Positions 24,501 to 36,218 of a stretch of DNA of 64,000 nucleotides are shown in pieces. Location: contig NIVC01002080.1 in NCBI GenBank assembly GCA_002269645.1, forward strand, positions 124,001 through 188,000, in the 5' to 3' direction. A program made the position numbers and the translations under genes. The notes beneath the pieces are model-generated. The model did not search any database and was not told the origin of the DNA. It saw only the letters and a list, made by a program, of their open reading frames with translations. The stretch is from Macrostomum lignano (lineage: Eukaryota). The number at the start of each line of letters is the position of its first letter. Position 1 is the first letter of the stretch.

Positions 24501-27500
24501 ACTGGTGTCCACTGGATCGACTGCTGCTTGGTCTCTGGGTCAAAACTACAGATCCATGATTTGTCACCACTGACGAGTTCCCAGATCGAGTTTGAGCGGC
24601 CACCATCGAATCTGTCAAGCATGGCATGGCACCAAGCCATCCGAGCCTTCTTTGCTCCTCCACCAGGTCATGAGACACCTAACGTTCAGAAACCTTGCTC
24701 AGGTTGAGCCTTGAGTGCAGGATCGTGCGGATGGTTCCCGATGAGATGCCCACTTCTGTCTCTATCTGGGTCACAGTTACCCAGGCATCATCCTTAATCA
24801 TGGCCCGAATGGCAGCAACATTCTCTTCGCTTGCTGCGGAGGTGGGCCGGCCGCTGCACTCTTCATCATCCAGACTCCGCTGGCCACGTCGAAATGTGGC
24901 AAACCACTCAAAAACAGTGTTCCTGGAAGGTGCTTGATTGCCGAAAGCCGCTTGAAGTCGCTCAAAGCTCTCATACTGCCTTAGACCACTTTTGTAGTCA
25001 TAGTAAATCATTGCTCTCAAATGGTCTCTGTTGAGCTCCATTGTGAATTCTCAGTGTTTGAGGGTATGCTAACTTTTCGTGTGCGTAGCACAGGCTTTAT
25101 AGAGTGAATTTGTCTGAAATCGCACAAATATAATCACAAGATGATGTACATGTATATAATACCTGCTATGCCAAATTGTGTACATCACCCTCAATTCGTC
25201 CATCCAGAAACTTATTGAATACCCCTCGTATTGATGTACATGTAATATGGTCGATGTACCTTTTGGAATTAGGTCGGATCTGAGTTCAGGCTTTTCGGGA
25301 TCGGGATCAGGATCAAGTGTTATGTGATCGGGATAGAGGGTTTTTAGGATCGGAATCAAGTGTTATTGGAATCGAGGGTTATCGGGATCGAGGTTTATCG
25401 GGATCGGGATCGAGGGTTTTTGGGATCGGGATCGAGGGTTTTTGGGATCGGGATCAGGATCAAGTGTTATGTGATCGGGATAGAGGGTTTTTAGGATCGG
25501 AATCGAGTGTTATTCTGATCGAGGTTTATTGGGATCGGGATCAAGGGTTTTTGGGATCGGGATCGAGGGTTTTTGGGATCAAGATCGAGAGTTTTCGGAA
25601 TCGAGAGTTTTCGGGATTGAGAGTTTCCGTGATCAGATCCAAGATTTTCGGGATCGGGGTGCAGGAATTTTAGGAATCGAGATCCCGTACTACTTTTACC
25701 CGGTCACAACAGAAGTTAAACTGAAGCTCTGCTTAAATTACGACTTCCCAGCTGCGTGTACTAACCGCAGCTAACTTTGCTTAACCTTGCAAACTACGGT
25801 ATAAGGTCTGAAACTAAAAAGTCGGGGGTTCGATTCTCAACCTACTCTAAGAAACAATCTGTGTCCTTGAGCAAGACACTGAACTCTGCATTGCTTCCGT
25901 TCACCCAGCTGTAGAATGGGTGCCAGCATTAGCTGGGGTAATTGAGGGTGTGCGTGGCGACCCCCCAGTCCTTGGACCGAACAGCCGTACGCAGCCTTCA
26001 GATGCGCCGCGCAATAGCTGTTAGGGCGTAGGTGTAATCAATATAATAATAAATATTATTATTATTGCAAGCTATAATAAATAATCCCTGCTCTATGCTC
26101 ATATTATCCCGCAGCTGATTGGCTGGTCGCAGCCAGCCAGCCTGTCAATTTTTGTTGGCACAGATGTTGGCCGGGTGAAGCCGCACGGCTATTATCAGGC
26201 CTGCAGAGTGTCCGGCAAAGCCACCACGTGCGAGGCGGTAGAAACCGAACAGGAGGGCACCCGAGTGCTGGAGGTGCCGTTCGATCCGCAGAAGAATATG
26301 ATACTCAAGTGAGTTATTTGTTAGTTGGATTTGCTTTTTATTTAAAGTTTATGTTTATGATAATCAGCTGGCTGGTTACATGCATACTGCCAACTTAGCC
26401 CCGTTCTCTCTCTCTCTTTCTCTCTGTGCCACATGCCGCCTCAAGCTTATGATAGTTCTGTATATGTGTTGCACGCACACCTGGTTTTACCTAATTTCTC
26501 TTATCTATTCACCTGTCGGCGTTCTTTGTTCGCCTACTTAACTTACACTTCGCTTATTAATACCTCTGTTTAAGCTTGCGAAAAAGTTTGCTTTATTGGT
26601 CTAATAGAGAGCTTACTATCTGCATTTCGGACCCTGGGACTGACAAGACTGAAGGGGCGTTGGTGTACCCTAGCCACTTTTTATATATATAGCTACCGAC
26701 CGTTCTTAGTTCCAAGCTGCCATTTCCTTGCATATTTTTTTATTACCGCACTTTAAGCGCCATTGTCACTCAACCGGGGAGAGGCGTTACTGCCCATTCC
26801 GCCTTGACTCCCGTTAGGCATGTACACTTCACTGTGCCTCGGGGGGTTGGCCCTCAAGGCCGTTAATTGCACGAGCAGAGCCAAGCCGAGATTCCAATTT
26901 AGCCCCAAATTAATGTGACTGCACTTGGGATCGAGTCTGGGCCGCTGGCACATGAGAGCTCTGCGCTAGACCACTGGGCTAATGTATATCTAGACTATCT
27001 AGTGTTAATATTATTATTAATGTCTTTCAAGTCAGCCAAGTATCGCTAGTGCTTTTCTCTAAAAATATACATTGCCGACAACCGTATGCAATTTCTGGCT
27101 GTGTATTTTTGCTTTAAAAAGAGAATAAACACTAATATGTGTTAGATTAACACGCGGTTGCTTCTTTAAGCGCTGTGTCTGCCTTATTGGATAGTCAAAT
27201 CTAGCGGAGATAAACGATCGGAGGGCACGCTGTACTGTTTTAGTCGTAGCAGCTGTAAAAACCTTCCGATTGCTGGTCAAAATCATAATAGTAAATAGAA
27301 AATTGAGGCACAATTAATTGCTGTACAAATACACTATTCTTAGTACAGTGAGTAGGCTTATATAGAATATCGTGTCATTTTCTTTCGTTATTATCAAATA
27401 TGAAAAGAAATGGGTTGGAACACCTCGGCCATATAGTTTGCATTGCCTCAATTAATTAACTTGAGAGTCCGCTGTAATCCCCAACGTTAATCCGTGCCCG

Positions 27501-30500
27501 CGTTGCTAATCCACCCCGCCAGTCTGGACTGCGTGGGCATCCTGAAGCTGCGCAACGCCGATGTCGAACAGAAGCGCGGAGTCGGCAAGAATCGAAAGAA
27601 GAGCATCAAAGCTAGGCTGGTTTTTCGAGTCAACCTGCCGCTGGGCGGTGGAAACTTCATCACACTGCAGGCTGCCTCCGATCCTATTGTGTGCAGTGAG
27701 TGCCGCGCAGAGTCATAATCCCATATCTTATCCTATTTCATCCTATCAGTCCCACCATCCCGAAGAGCTAATCCCAGCCTCAATTTTGTGTGATTTGCTC
27801 CTTGATAAGCCCAAGCCGAATATGAGCATGATTCCGCTACAATAATCCCATTACGATAATCGCGAAGTACCCCACTCTGATAATTCCATTACGATAATCC
27901 CCAACTATCCCACTCCGATAATCCCATTACGATAATCCCCAACTATCCCACTCCGATAATCCCATTACGATAATCCCCAACTATCCCACTCCGATAATCC
28001 CATTACGATAATCCCCAACTATCCCACTCCGATAATCCCATTACGATAATCCCCAACTATCCCACTCCGATAATCCCATTACGATAATCCCCAACTATCC
28101 CACTCCGATAATCCCATTACGATAATCCCCAACTATCCCACTCCGATAATCCCCAACTATCCCACTCCGATAATCCCATTATGATAATCCCCAACTATCC
28201 CACTCCGATAATCCCATTACGATAATCCCCAACTATCCCACTCCGATAATCCCCAACTATCCCACTCCGATAATTCCATTATGATAATCACCAACTTTCC
28301 CACTCCGATAATTCCATTATGATAATCCCCAACTTTCCCACTCCGATAATCCCGTTAAGATAATCCCCAACTATCCCACTCCGATAATCCCATTACGATA
28401 ATCCCCAACTATCCCACTCCGATAATCCCATTACGATAATCCCCAACTATCCCACTCCGATAATCCCCAACTATCCCACTCCGATAATCCCATTACGATA
28501 ATCCCCAACTATCCCACTCCGATAATCCCCAACTATCCCACTCCGATAATCCCATTATGATAATCCCCAACTATCCCACTCCGATAATCCCATTACGATA
28601 ATCCCCAACTATCCCACTCCGATAATCCCCAACTATCCCACTCCGATAATTCCATTATGATAATCCCCAACTTTCCCACTCCGATAATCCCGTTAAGATA
28701 ATCCCCGACTATTCCACTCCGATAATCCCGTTATGATAAACACTTACTGTCCCACTCCGATAATCCCCATACTAACAATTTCTAGTTGGATAATCCCTAT
28801 CTGATTGTCCTGTCCGTCAGTAATCCATTTTTACAACTCCCATCTTGGCATTCCATTCAGATAATCCCCGTTCTCATACTTTAACCCACACCGCACCCCG
28901 CAGTCACCCAATAGTCCCACTTTTAGCGTTACACGAGCGCACCTGTCTTAAACTAAATCTTTCGCTCAACATCTTTTTAGCCCAGCCTGTGGGCTCCCCA
29001 GAGATGCACAGAATCTCCATGATGGAGGGCCCGTGCCACGGCAACGAGGACATGTTCATCATTGGCAAGAACTTCACCAAGGGCACCCGGGTCATATTCC
29101 AGGAGTACATTGAAAACAAAGGCGTAGTGTGGGAGGCCGAGGCCAAGGTCGAGTCCGAGTACTTCTCGCAGACTCACTTAATCTGCCGGATTCCGCCGTA
29201 CGGCAATCCGGACTTGAAGAACCCGCTGACGGTGCAGGTGGTGATCCACTGCGGGCCTCGGGTGTCCGAGCCATTCTATTTCACCTATAAGCCTGGTGAG
29301 TCTGATAATAATAATCGTTTTTTGTTTTTTCTCCTGCTACTTACTTATACTTTTACTGTTAGTATAGTAGATGGAGATTTAAACGCTAAGCATAGGTCTA
29401 AAGTACACTAATGCAAGCATCGCTGACAACACTTCAGTTACCTGTCCGAACGATTTGTCGGCCGTCACACTGCTAAAAGCAGCCGCTGCAGCCACTGGCA
29501 GCGACAGTCCGGGCGACTTGAAGCCGTCGCTGTCCTGCGTGTCGCCTAGTGAGTTTTGTAGCATAGGGGCTGTGTGGGAAAGTTTTAAGGATGTTTTGGG
29601 ATAGTTTGGAAAATGAGAGAGCGGATAATGAACTGGGTGAGAGCGGAGAATGCACTGGGTGAGAGCGGAGAATGCACTGGGTGAGAGCGGAGAATGCACT
29701 GGGTGAGAGCGGAGAATGCACTGGGTGAGAGCGGAGAATGCACTGGGTGAGAGCGGAGAATGCACTGGGTGAGAGCGGAGAATGCACTGGGTGAGAGCGG
29801 AGAATGCACTGGGTGAGAGCGGAGAATGCACTGGGTGAGAGCGGAGAATGCACTGGGTGAGAGCGGAGAATGCACTGGGTGAGAGCGGAGAATGCACTGG
29901 GTGAGAGCGGAGAATGCACTGGGTGAGAGCGGAGAATACACTGGGTGAGAGCGGAGAATGCACTGGGTGAGAGCGGAGAATGCACTGGGTGAGAGCGGAG
30001 AATGCACTGGGTGAGAGCGGAGAATGCACTGGGTGAGAGCGGAGAATGCACTGGGTGAGAGCGGAGAATGCACTGGGTGAGAGCGGAGAATGCACTGGGT
30101 GAGAGCGGAGAATGCACTGGGTGAGAGCGGAGAATACACTGGGTGAGAGCGGAGAATGCACTGGGTGAGAGCGGAGAATGCACTGGGTGAGAGCGGAGAA
30201 TGCACTGGGTGAGAGCGGAGAATGCACTGGGTGAGAGCGGAGAATGCACTGGGTGAGAGCGGAGAATGCACTGGGTGAGAGCGGAGAATACACTGGGTGA
30301 GAGCGGAGAATGCACTGGGTGAGAGCGGAGAATGCACTGGGTGAGAGCGGAGAATGCACTGGGTGAGAGCGGAGAATGCACTGGGTGAGAGCGGAGAATA
30401 CACTGGTTGAGAGCGGAGAATACACTGGGTAAGAGCGGAGAATACACTGGTTGAGAGCGGAGAATACACTGGGTAAGAGCGGAGAATGCACTGGGTGAGA

Positions 30501-31312
30501 GCGGAGAATACACTGGTTGAGAGCGGAGAATACACTGGTTGAGAGCGGAGAATACACTGGGTAAGAGCGGAGAATACACTGGTTGAGAGCGGAGAATACA
30601 CTGGGTAAGAGCGGAGAATGCACTGGGTGAGAGCGGAGAATGCACTGGGTGAGAGCGGAGAATGCACTGGGTGAGAGCGGAGAATGCACTGGTTGAGAGC
30701 GGAGAATACACTGGTTGAGAGCGGAGAATACACTGGGTGAGAGCGGAGAATGCACTGGATGAGAGCGGAGAATGCACTGGAAGGCTGAATCAGTAAGCGA
30801 GTCTTTCTAATTGCTTTGCAGTGGCAGCCCAGTTGAACAAGCTGATTGAGGAGAGCTGCCGCAGTCAGCAGCAGCAGCAGCAGCAGCAGGAGTCTGCGCA
30901 CTACAGCGCCGCCTCCGCAGCCAGTCAGGAGCTTCTGCCTGACCTTGGCAACTCGGCTATGGACTGGAATGTCAGCCTACAGCCAGCCGAGCAGACGGTT
31001 GATCATCAGCAGGTTGGCGGAGGCGGCGCCAGCGCTGTCGGCTTGCCGCTGCCCGCCTGGTCTCCGGTCACCGATCCGACTGTGGCGGTGCCGGCTCAGG
31101 CCGCGGTGGCTCCGGCGTCAACCGCCGCTTCTTACATGCAGCTGAGCAGCCAAGTGCTGGACTCTCTGTTCAACGGCGCCACAGGCGTCAATTCGGACTC
31201 GGTGGCAGTCTCAGCCGAGGCAGTCGGACCCGAGTCTGTCGACGTGCTGTCTAACGCCGTACCGACGTCAGCGGCCGGCACAGTTGACGATTCGTCCGTT
31301 TTTATGCTGTGA
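18545..31312 (+). CDS. NFAT5: NFAT5-type Rel-homology transcription factor; join(18545..19391,19784..20249,21013..21256,26115..26308,27523..27695,28981..29295,29396..29548,30822..31312), 960 aa (909 aa without exon 7)
   Basis: RHD motifs [54 protein letters not shown] and [15 protein letters not shown]...[12 protein letters not shown] domain CTQPVGSPE...[18 protein letters not shown]...HLICRIPPY. All introns are GT-AG with consistent phases (1,2,0,2,1,1,1). PolyQ N- and C-terminal regions. The exon 3 acceptor could be 21012 or 21018. The true N-terminus is uncertain. Confidence 0.9.
19484..19702 (+). repeat. Degenerate TTAGGG/TTTAGG telomere-like tract in NFAT intron 1
   Basis: Repeated GTTAGGGTTTAGGTTAGGG variants. 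Confidence 0.75.
20306..20856 (+). repeat. 28-bp minisatellite (GTTGCTGGGCCAGCCTCCCAGATCCTCA) in NFAT intron 2
   Basis: About 19 units starting about 55 bp after the donor at 20250. Confidence 0.95.
21285..21832 (+). repeat. 31-bp minisatellite (CTGTCATTAGCCTCAGGTAGAGCTGTCAACC) in NFAT intron 3
   Basis: About 17 units starting about 30 bp after the donor at 21257. Confidence 0.95.
22549..22643 (-). mobile_element. Partial copy of SINE-like family 2
   Basis: Near-identical to 42256-42355 (CATGAGGGCC..CCCC..AGGCCCAGAGAGTGTACATGCCTGACGATTAGA..GTCAGG.CCGCTGTACACCCTGTG). Confidence 0.7.
23168..23537 (-). repeat. 23-bp minisatellite (ACTCATTCCGGCGCCACACATGT on the minus strand)
   Basis: About 16 units in two sub-variants. 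Confidence 0.93.
23995..25228 (-). mobile_element. Mariner (DD34D-type) transposon with frameshifted transposase pseudogene, antisense in NFAT intron 3
   Basis: 5' TIR TA|CGAGGGGTATTCAATAAGTTTC ending at 25228. HTH region [16 protein letters not shown]...WFATFRRG...SGRP, SGDKSW (first Asp), HPPYSPDL and C-terminal [10 protein letters not shown]. Several frameshifts. The 3' TIR was not found. Confidence 0.9.
25285..25690 (+). repeat. Complex GGATCG/GAGGGTTTTT repeat
   Basis: Imperfect GGGATCGGGATCGAGGGTTTTT units with an internal duplication, next to the mariner TIR. Confidence 0.8.
25805..26066 (+). mobile_element. SINE family 1 copy C
   Basis: GGGGGTTCGATTC B-box, CORE body and ATT tail. 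Confidence 0.85.
26732..26982 (-). mobile_element. tRNA-derived SINE family 2 in NFAT intron 4
   Basis: The minus strand begins TAGCCCAGTGGTCTAGCGC (A-box) ... GACTCGATCCC (B-box-like). The body CCTTGAGGGCCAACCCCCCGAGGCACAGTGAAGTGTACATGCCT resembles the 22.6 and 42.3 kb fragments. Confidence 0.65.
27835..28800 (+). repeat. Composite 38-bp minisatellite (GATAATCCCATTAC + GATAATCCCCAACTATCCCACTCC) in NFAT intron 5
   Basis: Alternating 14- and 24-bp subunits. Confidence 0.95.
29616..30780 (+). repeat. 22-bp minisatellite (GAGAGCGGAGAATGCACTGGGT) filling NFAT intron 7
   Basis: About 52 near-identical units ending about 40 bp before the acceptor at 30821. Confidence 0.97.
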
Positions 31313-31571
31313 GCTTGTGACCAATATTGAGCAGCTGCATTGCGGCTTGGACAGCAGTGGGTCTGCTCTTTTCTTGTTTAGTGTCTGCTTTTGTTTGTTA
31401 ACATAGCTAACATTTAACATTGTTGTTGTTATGTTTGAAACTTTTTATTCCTGTGATTTTTCCAACCGGTACTAAAGTACGAACTGTACTGTTTCTGAGA
31501 CTTCTCCGACTAAATGGGCTGCTATTTTTGCTGTTTACAGCTGGTCTTCTTGTGTCCTAAACTACCATTTT

Positions 31572-32611
31572 GGTGTGTGCTCGGGTCCTTTGGTGTGCTC
31601 ACTGGTCCTTTGGTGTGCTCACTGGTCCTTTGGTGTGCTCACTGGTCCTTTGGTATGCTCACTGGTCCTTTGGTATGCTCACTGGTCCTTTGGTGTGCTC
31701 ACTGGTCCTTTGGTATGCTCACTGGTCCTTTGGTGTGCTCACTGGTCCTTTGGTGTGCTCACTGGTCCTTTGGTATGCTCACTGGTCCTTTGGTATGCTC
31801 ACTGGTCCTTTGGTGTGCTCACTGGTCCTTTGGTATGCTCACTGGTCCTTTGGTGTGCTCACTGGTCCTTTGGTGTGCTCACTGGTCCTTTGGTATGCTC
31901 ACTGGTCCTTTGGTATGCTCACTGGTCCTTTGGTGTGCTCACTGGTCCTTTGGTATGCTCACTGGTCCTTTGGTGTGCTCACTGGTCCTTTGGTATGCTC
32001 ACTGGTCCTTTGGTATGCTCACAGGTCCTTTGGTATGCTCACTGGTCCTTTGGTGTGCTCACTGGTCCTTTGGTATGCTCACTGGTCCTTTGGTATGCTC
32101 ACTGGTCCTTTGGTATGCTCACTGGTCCTTTGGTGTGCTCACAGGTCCTTTGGTATGCTCTCTGGTCCTTTGGTGTGCTCACTGGTCCTTTGGTATGCTC
32201 ACTGGTCCTTTGGTGTGCTCACAGGTCCTTTGGTGTGCTCACTGGTCCTTTGGTGTGCTCACAGGTCCTTTGGTGTGCTCACAGGTCCTTTGGTGTGCTC
32301 ACTGGTCCTTTGGTGTGCTCACAGATCCTTTGGTGTGCTCACTGGTCCTTTGGTGTGCTCACAGATCCTTTGGTGTGCTCACAGGTCCTTTGGTGTGCTC
32401 ACTGGTCCTTTGGTGTGCTCACAGATCCTTTGGTGTGCTCACAGGTCCTTTGGTGTGCTCACTGGTCCTTTGGTGTGCTCACAGATCCTTTGGTGTGCTC
32501 ACTGGTCCTTTGGTGTGCTCACAGATCCTTTGGTGTGCTCACAGGTCCTTTGGTGTGCTCACTGGTCCTTTGGTGTGCTCACAGATCCTTTGGTGTGCTC
32601 ACTGGTCCTTT
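31572..32611 (+). repeat. 20-bp minisatellite (TGGTGTGCTCACTGGTCCTT) downstream of the NFAT stop
   Basis: About 52 units. Confidence 0.97.
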
Positions 32612-32853
32612 AGTATACTTTAGTTTATGAGCCAGAAAATCTCTTAGTCTATAGAGCGGTGGTGTTCGGGAATCTCAATACGAACAGAAATCTATTTCTT
32701 TTCTATTTTACATTCATTGTTACCATGGCTACATGAATAGAGCGAATACTGCCAGGCGTTTCCCCGGTGAGCAGCTGCACCACAATTGTAAACCATACTA
32801 TTTATTGGATGGATTTGCGAATAAGTCAGTAGTTTTATCATTTTCGTAGTGTG

Positions 32854-32855
<2 letters not shown>

Positions 32856-32900
<45 letters not shown>

Positions 32901-32914
32901 GTGTGTGTGTGTGT
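32856..32914 (+). repeat. (CT)n(GT)n compound microsatellite
   Basis: Read directly. Confidence 0.95.
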
Positions 32915-32992
32915 ATCGGCTTTTCTCGGACCTTCTGTAGAGTGTTAAATTCTTATTAACATGTGTAGTCTAGAGAAGCAGTAGAGCCCTTG

Positions 32993-33430
32993 TTTCTCAG
33001 TAGGCCATGGACCCTCATATCTCAGTAGGCCATGGACCCCTCGTATCTCAGTAGGCCATAGACCCCTCGTATCTCAGTAGGCCATAGACCCCTCATATCT
33101 CAGTAGGCCATGGACCCTCATATCTCAGTAGGCCATAGACCCCTCGTATCTCAGTAGGCCATAGACCCCTCATATCTCAGTAAGCCATAGACCCCTCGTA
33201 TCTCAGTAGGCCATAGACCCCTCATATCTCAGTAGGCCATGGACCCTCATATCTCAGTAGGCCATAGACCCCTCGTATCTCAGTAGGCCATAGACCCCTC
33301 ATATCTCAGTAGGCCATAGACCCCTCGTATCTCAGTAGGCCATGGACCCCTCACATCTCAGTAGGCCATGGACCCCTCATATCTCAGTAGGCCATAGACC
33401 CCTCATATCTCAGTAGGCCATGGACCCCTT
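32993..33430 (+). repeat. 26-bp minisatellite (ATCTCAGTAGGCCATAGACCCCTCAT)
   Basis: About 17 units. Confidence 0.95.
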
Positions 33431-34440
33431 ACGTGGACAACTGTAAGCCCACTCAAATGAATTAAAAAATGAAAAAAATCAAAATTGATTTGTAAATAGA
33501 TGATTCTGTGTTGGATTTTTTGTCTCCGTTAGCCTCTGTTTAGAGTGTTTAATTTGCACAGCTTTGCTATACGTTCCCTCAATTAACAAATTAATTAATT
33601 TTCGACCACTTATAACCAATATGTGTTGTGCTGTTTTTATAGTCTTTAGAATTCCTGATACATGCAGCGCAATCTGCTCTTGTAATGTGTAAAAATCTCT
33701 GACCTGATTGTCATTTTGCGTTTTCGATTGCCCCCATGCCTCCCTCCTATGCAAGCTGCGTCAGTGTTTTAGACAATTAAATTATTTTAAATATTGCAAT
33801 TTCGATTGAAGCTAACAAATCTACTAATACTACTGTTTTTATTGCTTTTATCGATATATAAGTAGTAAGTATAAAGTAGCACTGAACACTAGGCCGAGAT
33901 CTCAATAGCTAGTTTATATTATTCTTTAATATGTGTACTATAACGCTTTTCATGTTGGAACTTGATTGACAGGTTTCGAACAAACTGGCTGAGCCCTGTT
34001 TCAGATTGTTGTGCGATTTTTGAGCACTAATTATTGAATTATTGTTGTGTCAGGCTTGGATGGATGGGGCTTTAGCTTGTTTGTGCTTGCCTTCTATAAT
34101 ATTTATCATTGACTTCAATATTCGTTTGGCCTCTTAACTCTCTCTGATCCTGGATCCATTTTTATCAGTTGTGGCTATACTCGCTACTTTATTTTTTATT
34201 TGAACGCGCTCTGTCAAGCTCTATTGTGTTCTGTTGTTTCTGCAACACTGCGTTAGAGCCTTTTGTATAATAATTATATTAATAATAATTGAATATAAAT
34301 TATGGATTTTGCTATTGGTTTATTAGTAAGAAACCAAAGTAATGCTTTCATTATGTCAGAAATTCTCTATGCTAATACTGCTGCAGCTATTGCATTGTCT
34401 TCCAGTTGGGAATTTAAATTCTTTTCATTTAAAACTGCCT

Positions 34441-35477
34441 CCACTCCCAGTTCTCAGCTGTCAGTCACTCCCAGTTCTCCAGCTGTCAGTCACTCCCAGT
34501 TCTCCAGCTGTCAGTCACTCCCAGTTCTCCAGCTGTCAGTCACTCCCAGTTCTCCAGCTGTCAGTCACTCCCAGTTCTCAGCTGTCAGTCACTCCCAGTT
34601 CTCCAGCTGTCAGTCACTCCCAGTTCTCCAGCTGTCAGTCACTCCCAGTTCTCCAGCTGTCAGTCACTCCCAGTTCTCCAGCTGTCAGTCACTCCCAGTT
34701 CTCAGCTGTCAGTCACTCCCAGTTCTCCAGCTGTCAGTCACTCCCAGTTCTCCAGCTGTCAGTCACTCCCAGTTCTCAGCTGTCAGTCACTCCCAGTTCT
34801 CCAGCTGTCAGTCACTCCCAGTTCTGAGCTGTCAGTCACTCCCAGTTCTCCAGCTGTCAGTCACTCCCAGTTCTCCAGCTGTCAGTCACTCCCAGTTCTC
34901 CAGCTGTCAGTCACTCCCAGTTCTCAGCTGTCAGTCACTCCCAGTTCTCCAGCTGTCAGTCACTCCCAGTTCTGAGCTGTCAGTCACTCCCAGTTCTGAG
35001 CTGTCAGTCACTCCCAGTTCTGAGCTGTCAGTCACTCCCAGTTCTGAGCTGTCAGTCACTCCCAGTTCTCAGCTGTCAGTCACTCCCAGTTCTCCAGCTG
35101 TCAGTCACTCCCAGTTCTGAGCTGTCAGTCTCTCCCAGTTCTGAGCTGTCAGTCACTCCCAGTTCTCAGCTGTCAGTCACTCCCAGTTCTGAGCTGTCAG
35201 TCACTCCCAGTTCTGAGCTGTCAGTCACTCCCAGTTCTGAGCTGTCAGTCACTCCCAGTTCTGAGCTGTCAGTCACTCCCAGTTCTCAGCTGTCAGTCAC
35301 TCCCAGTTCTGAGCTGTCAGTCACTCCCAGTTCTCAGCTGTCAGTCACTCCCAGTTCTCAGCTGTCAGTCACTCCCAGTTCTCCAGCTGTCAGTCACTCC
35401 CAGTTCTGAGCTGTCAGTCACTCCCAGTTCTCAGCTGTCAGTCACTCCCAGTTCTCCAGCTGTCAGTCACTCCCAGT
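34441..35477 (+). repeat. 24/25-bp minisatellite (CTGTCAGTCACTCCCAGTTCTCCAG)
   Basis: About 42 units. Confidence 0.96.
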
Positions 35478-36218
35478 AGTGCCACTTTCGTGCCATTGCC
35501 AACTGACTACAAGACTTAAGTTATGAGACGCTTCGTTGTCTTCTTACAGACTTTGATGTCAGCAACGCTCTGGTGCTGCTGCATGTAGTTCGGACAGTTT
35601 TGGTTACATCGGTTGCTTTGGTACCTGTTAATAAAACCCTACCCAAAATATCAAGAAGACGAAGAGCGTTCTTTGAGCAGTAGTTTGTCAGTAACCTGTA
35701 TATATAGTAGCAGTAGTAAGGAGCGAGTTGGGATTAGATTGGTGCTATGTCCGCAGTTTTCAAATGCAATTACATGTAAGCCTAGCGAGGGCATAATTTT
35801 TTAACCAATTGCCGCCGCAAGTGTCGTGTACCGGTAGGTGTAAACAATCTTGGGTGATCAGCTAAGGGTAGTCAAATTTTTATGAGGCTGTACAATTTAT
35901 CTTCAAGACACTACGTATACAATACAGGTATGCACATTTAAAGTACGAGTGCAACAACCCTAGCCAGCCGTGCAAACACCTACGCACAGTATTCTATATG
36001 ATGTACACTCGCAGTATATGTACATCAGTGCTCTACTGCTGATTGGACTTGAATCTAGCCTAGCCTATTACCGGCTTGAGTGGGCGTGAAAACTTTATTT
36101 TATAAATAGACTCGCACCCGACAGACCTACACACCATGCAACCCCAAACTGCATTTGCTTTTAAAATTGCACCGTTCTGATGCTTAAGTGGTCATTATAG
36201 TGGATAAGATAATTGAAG

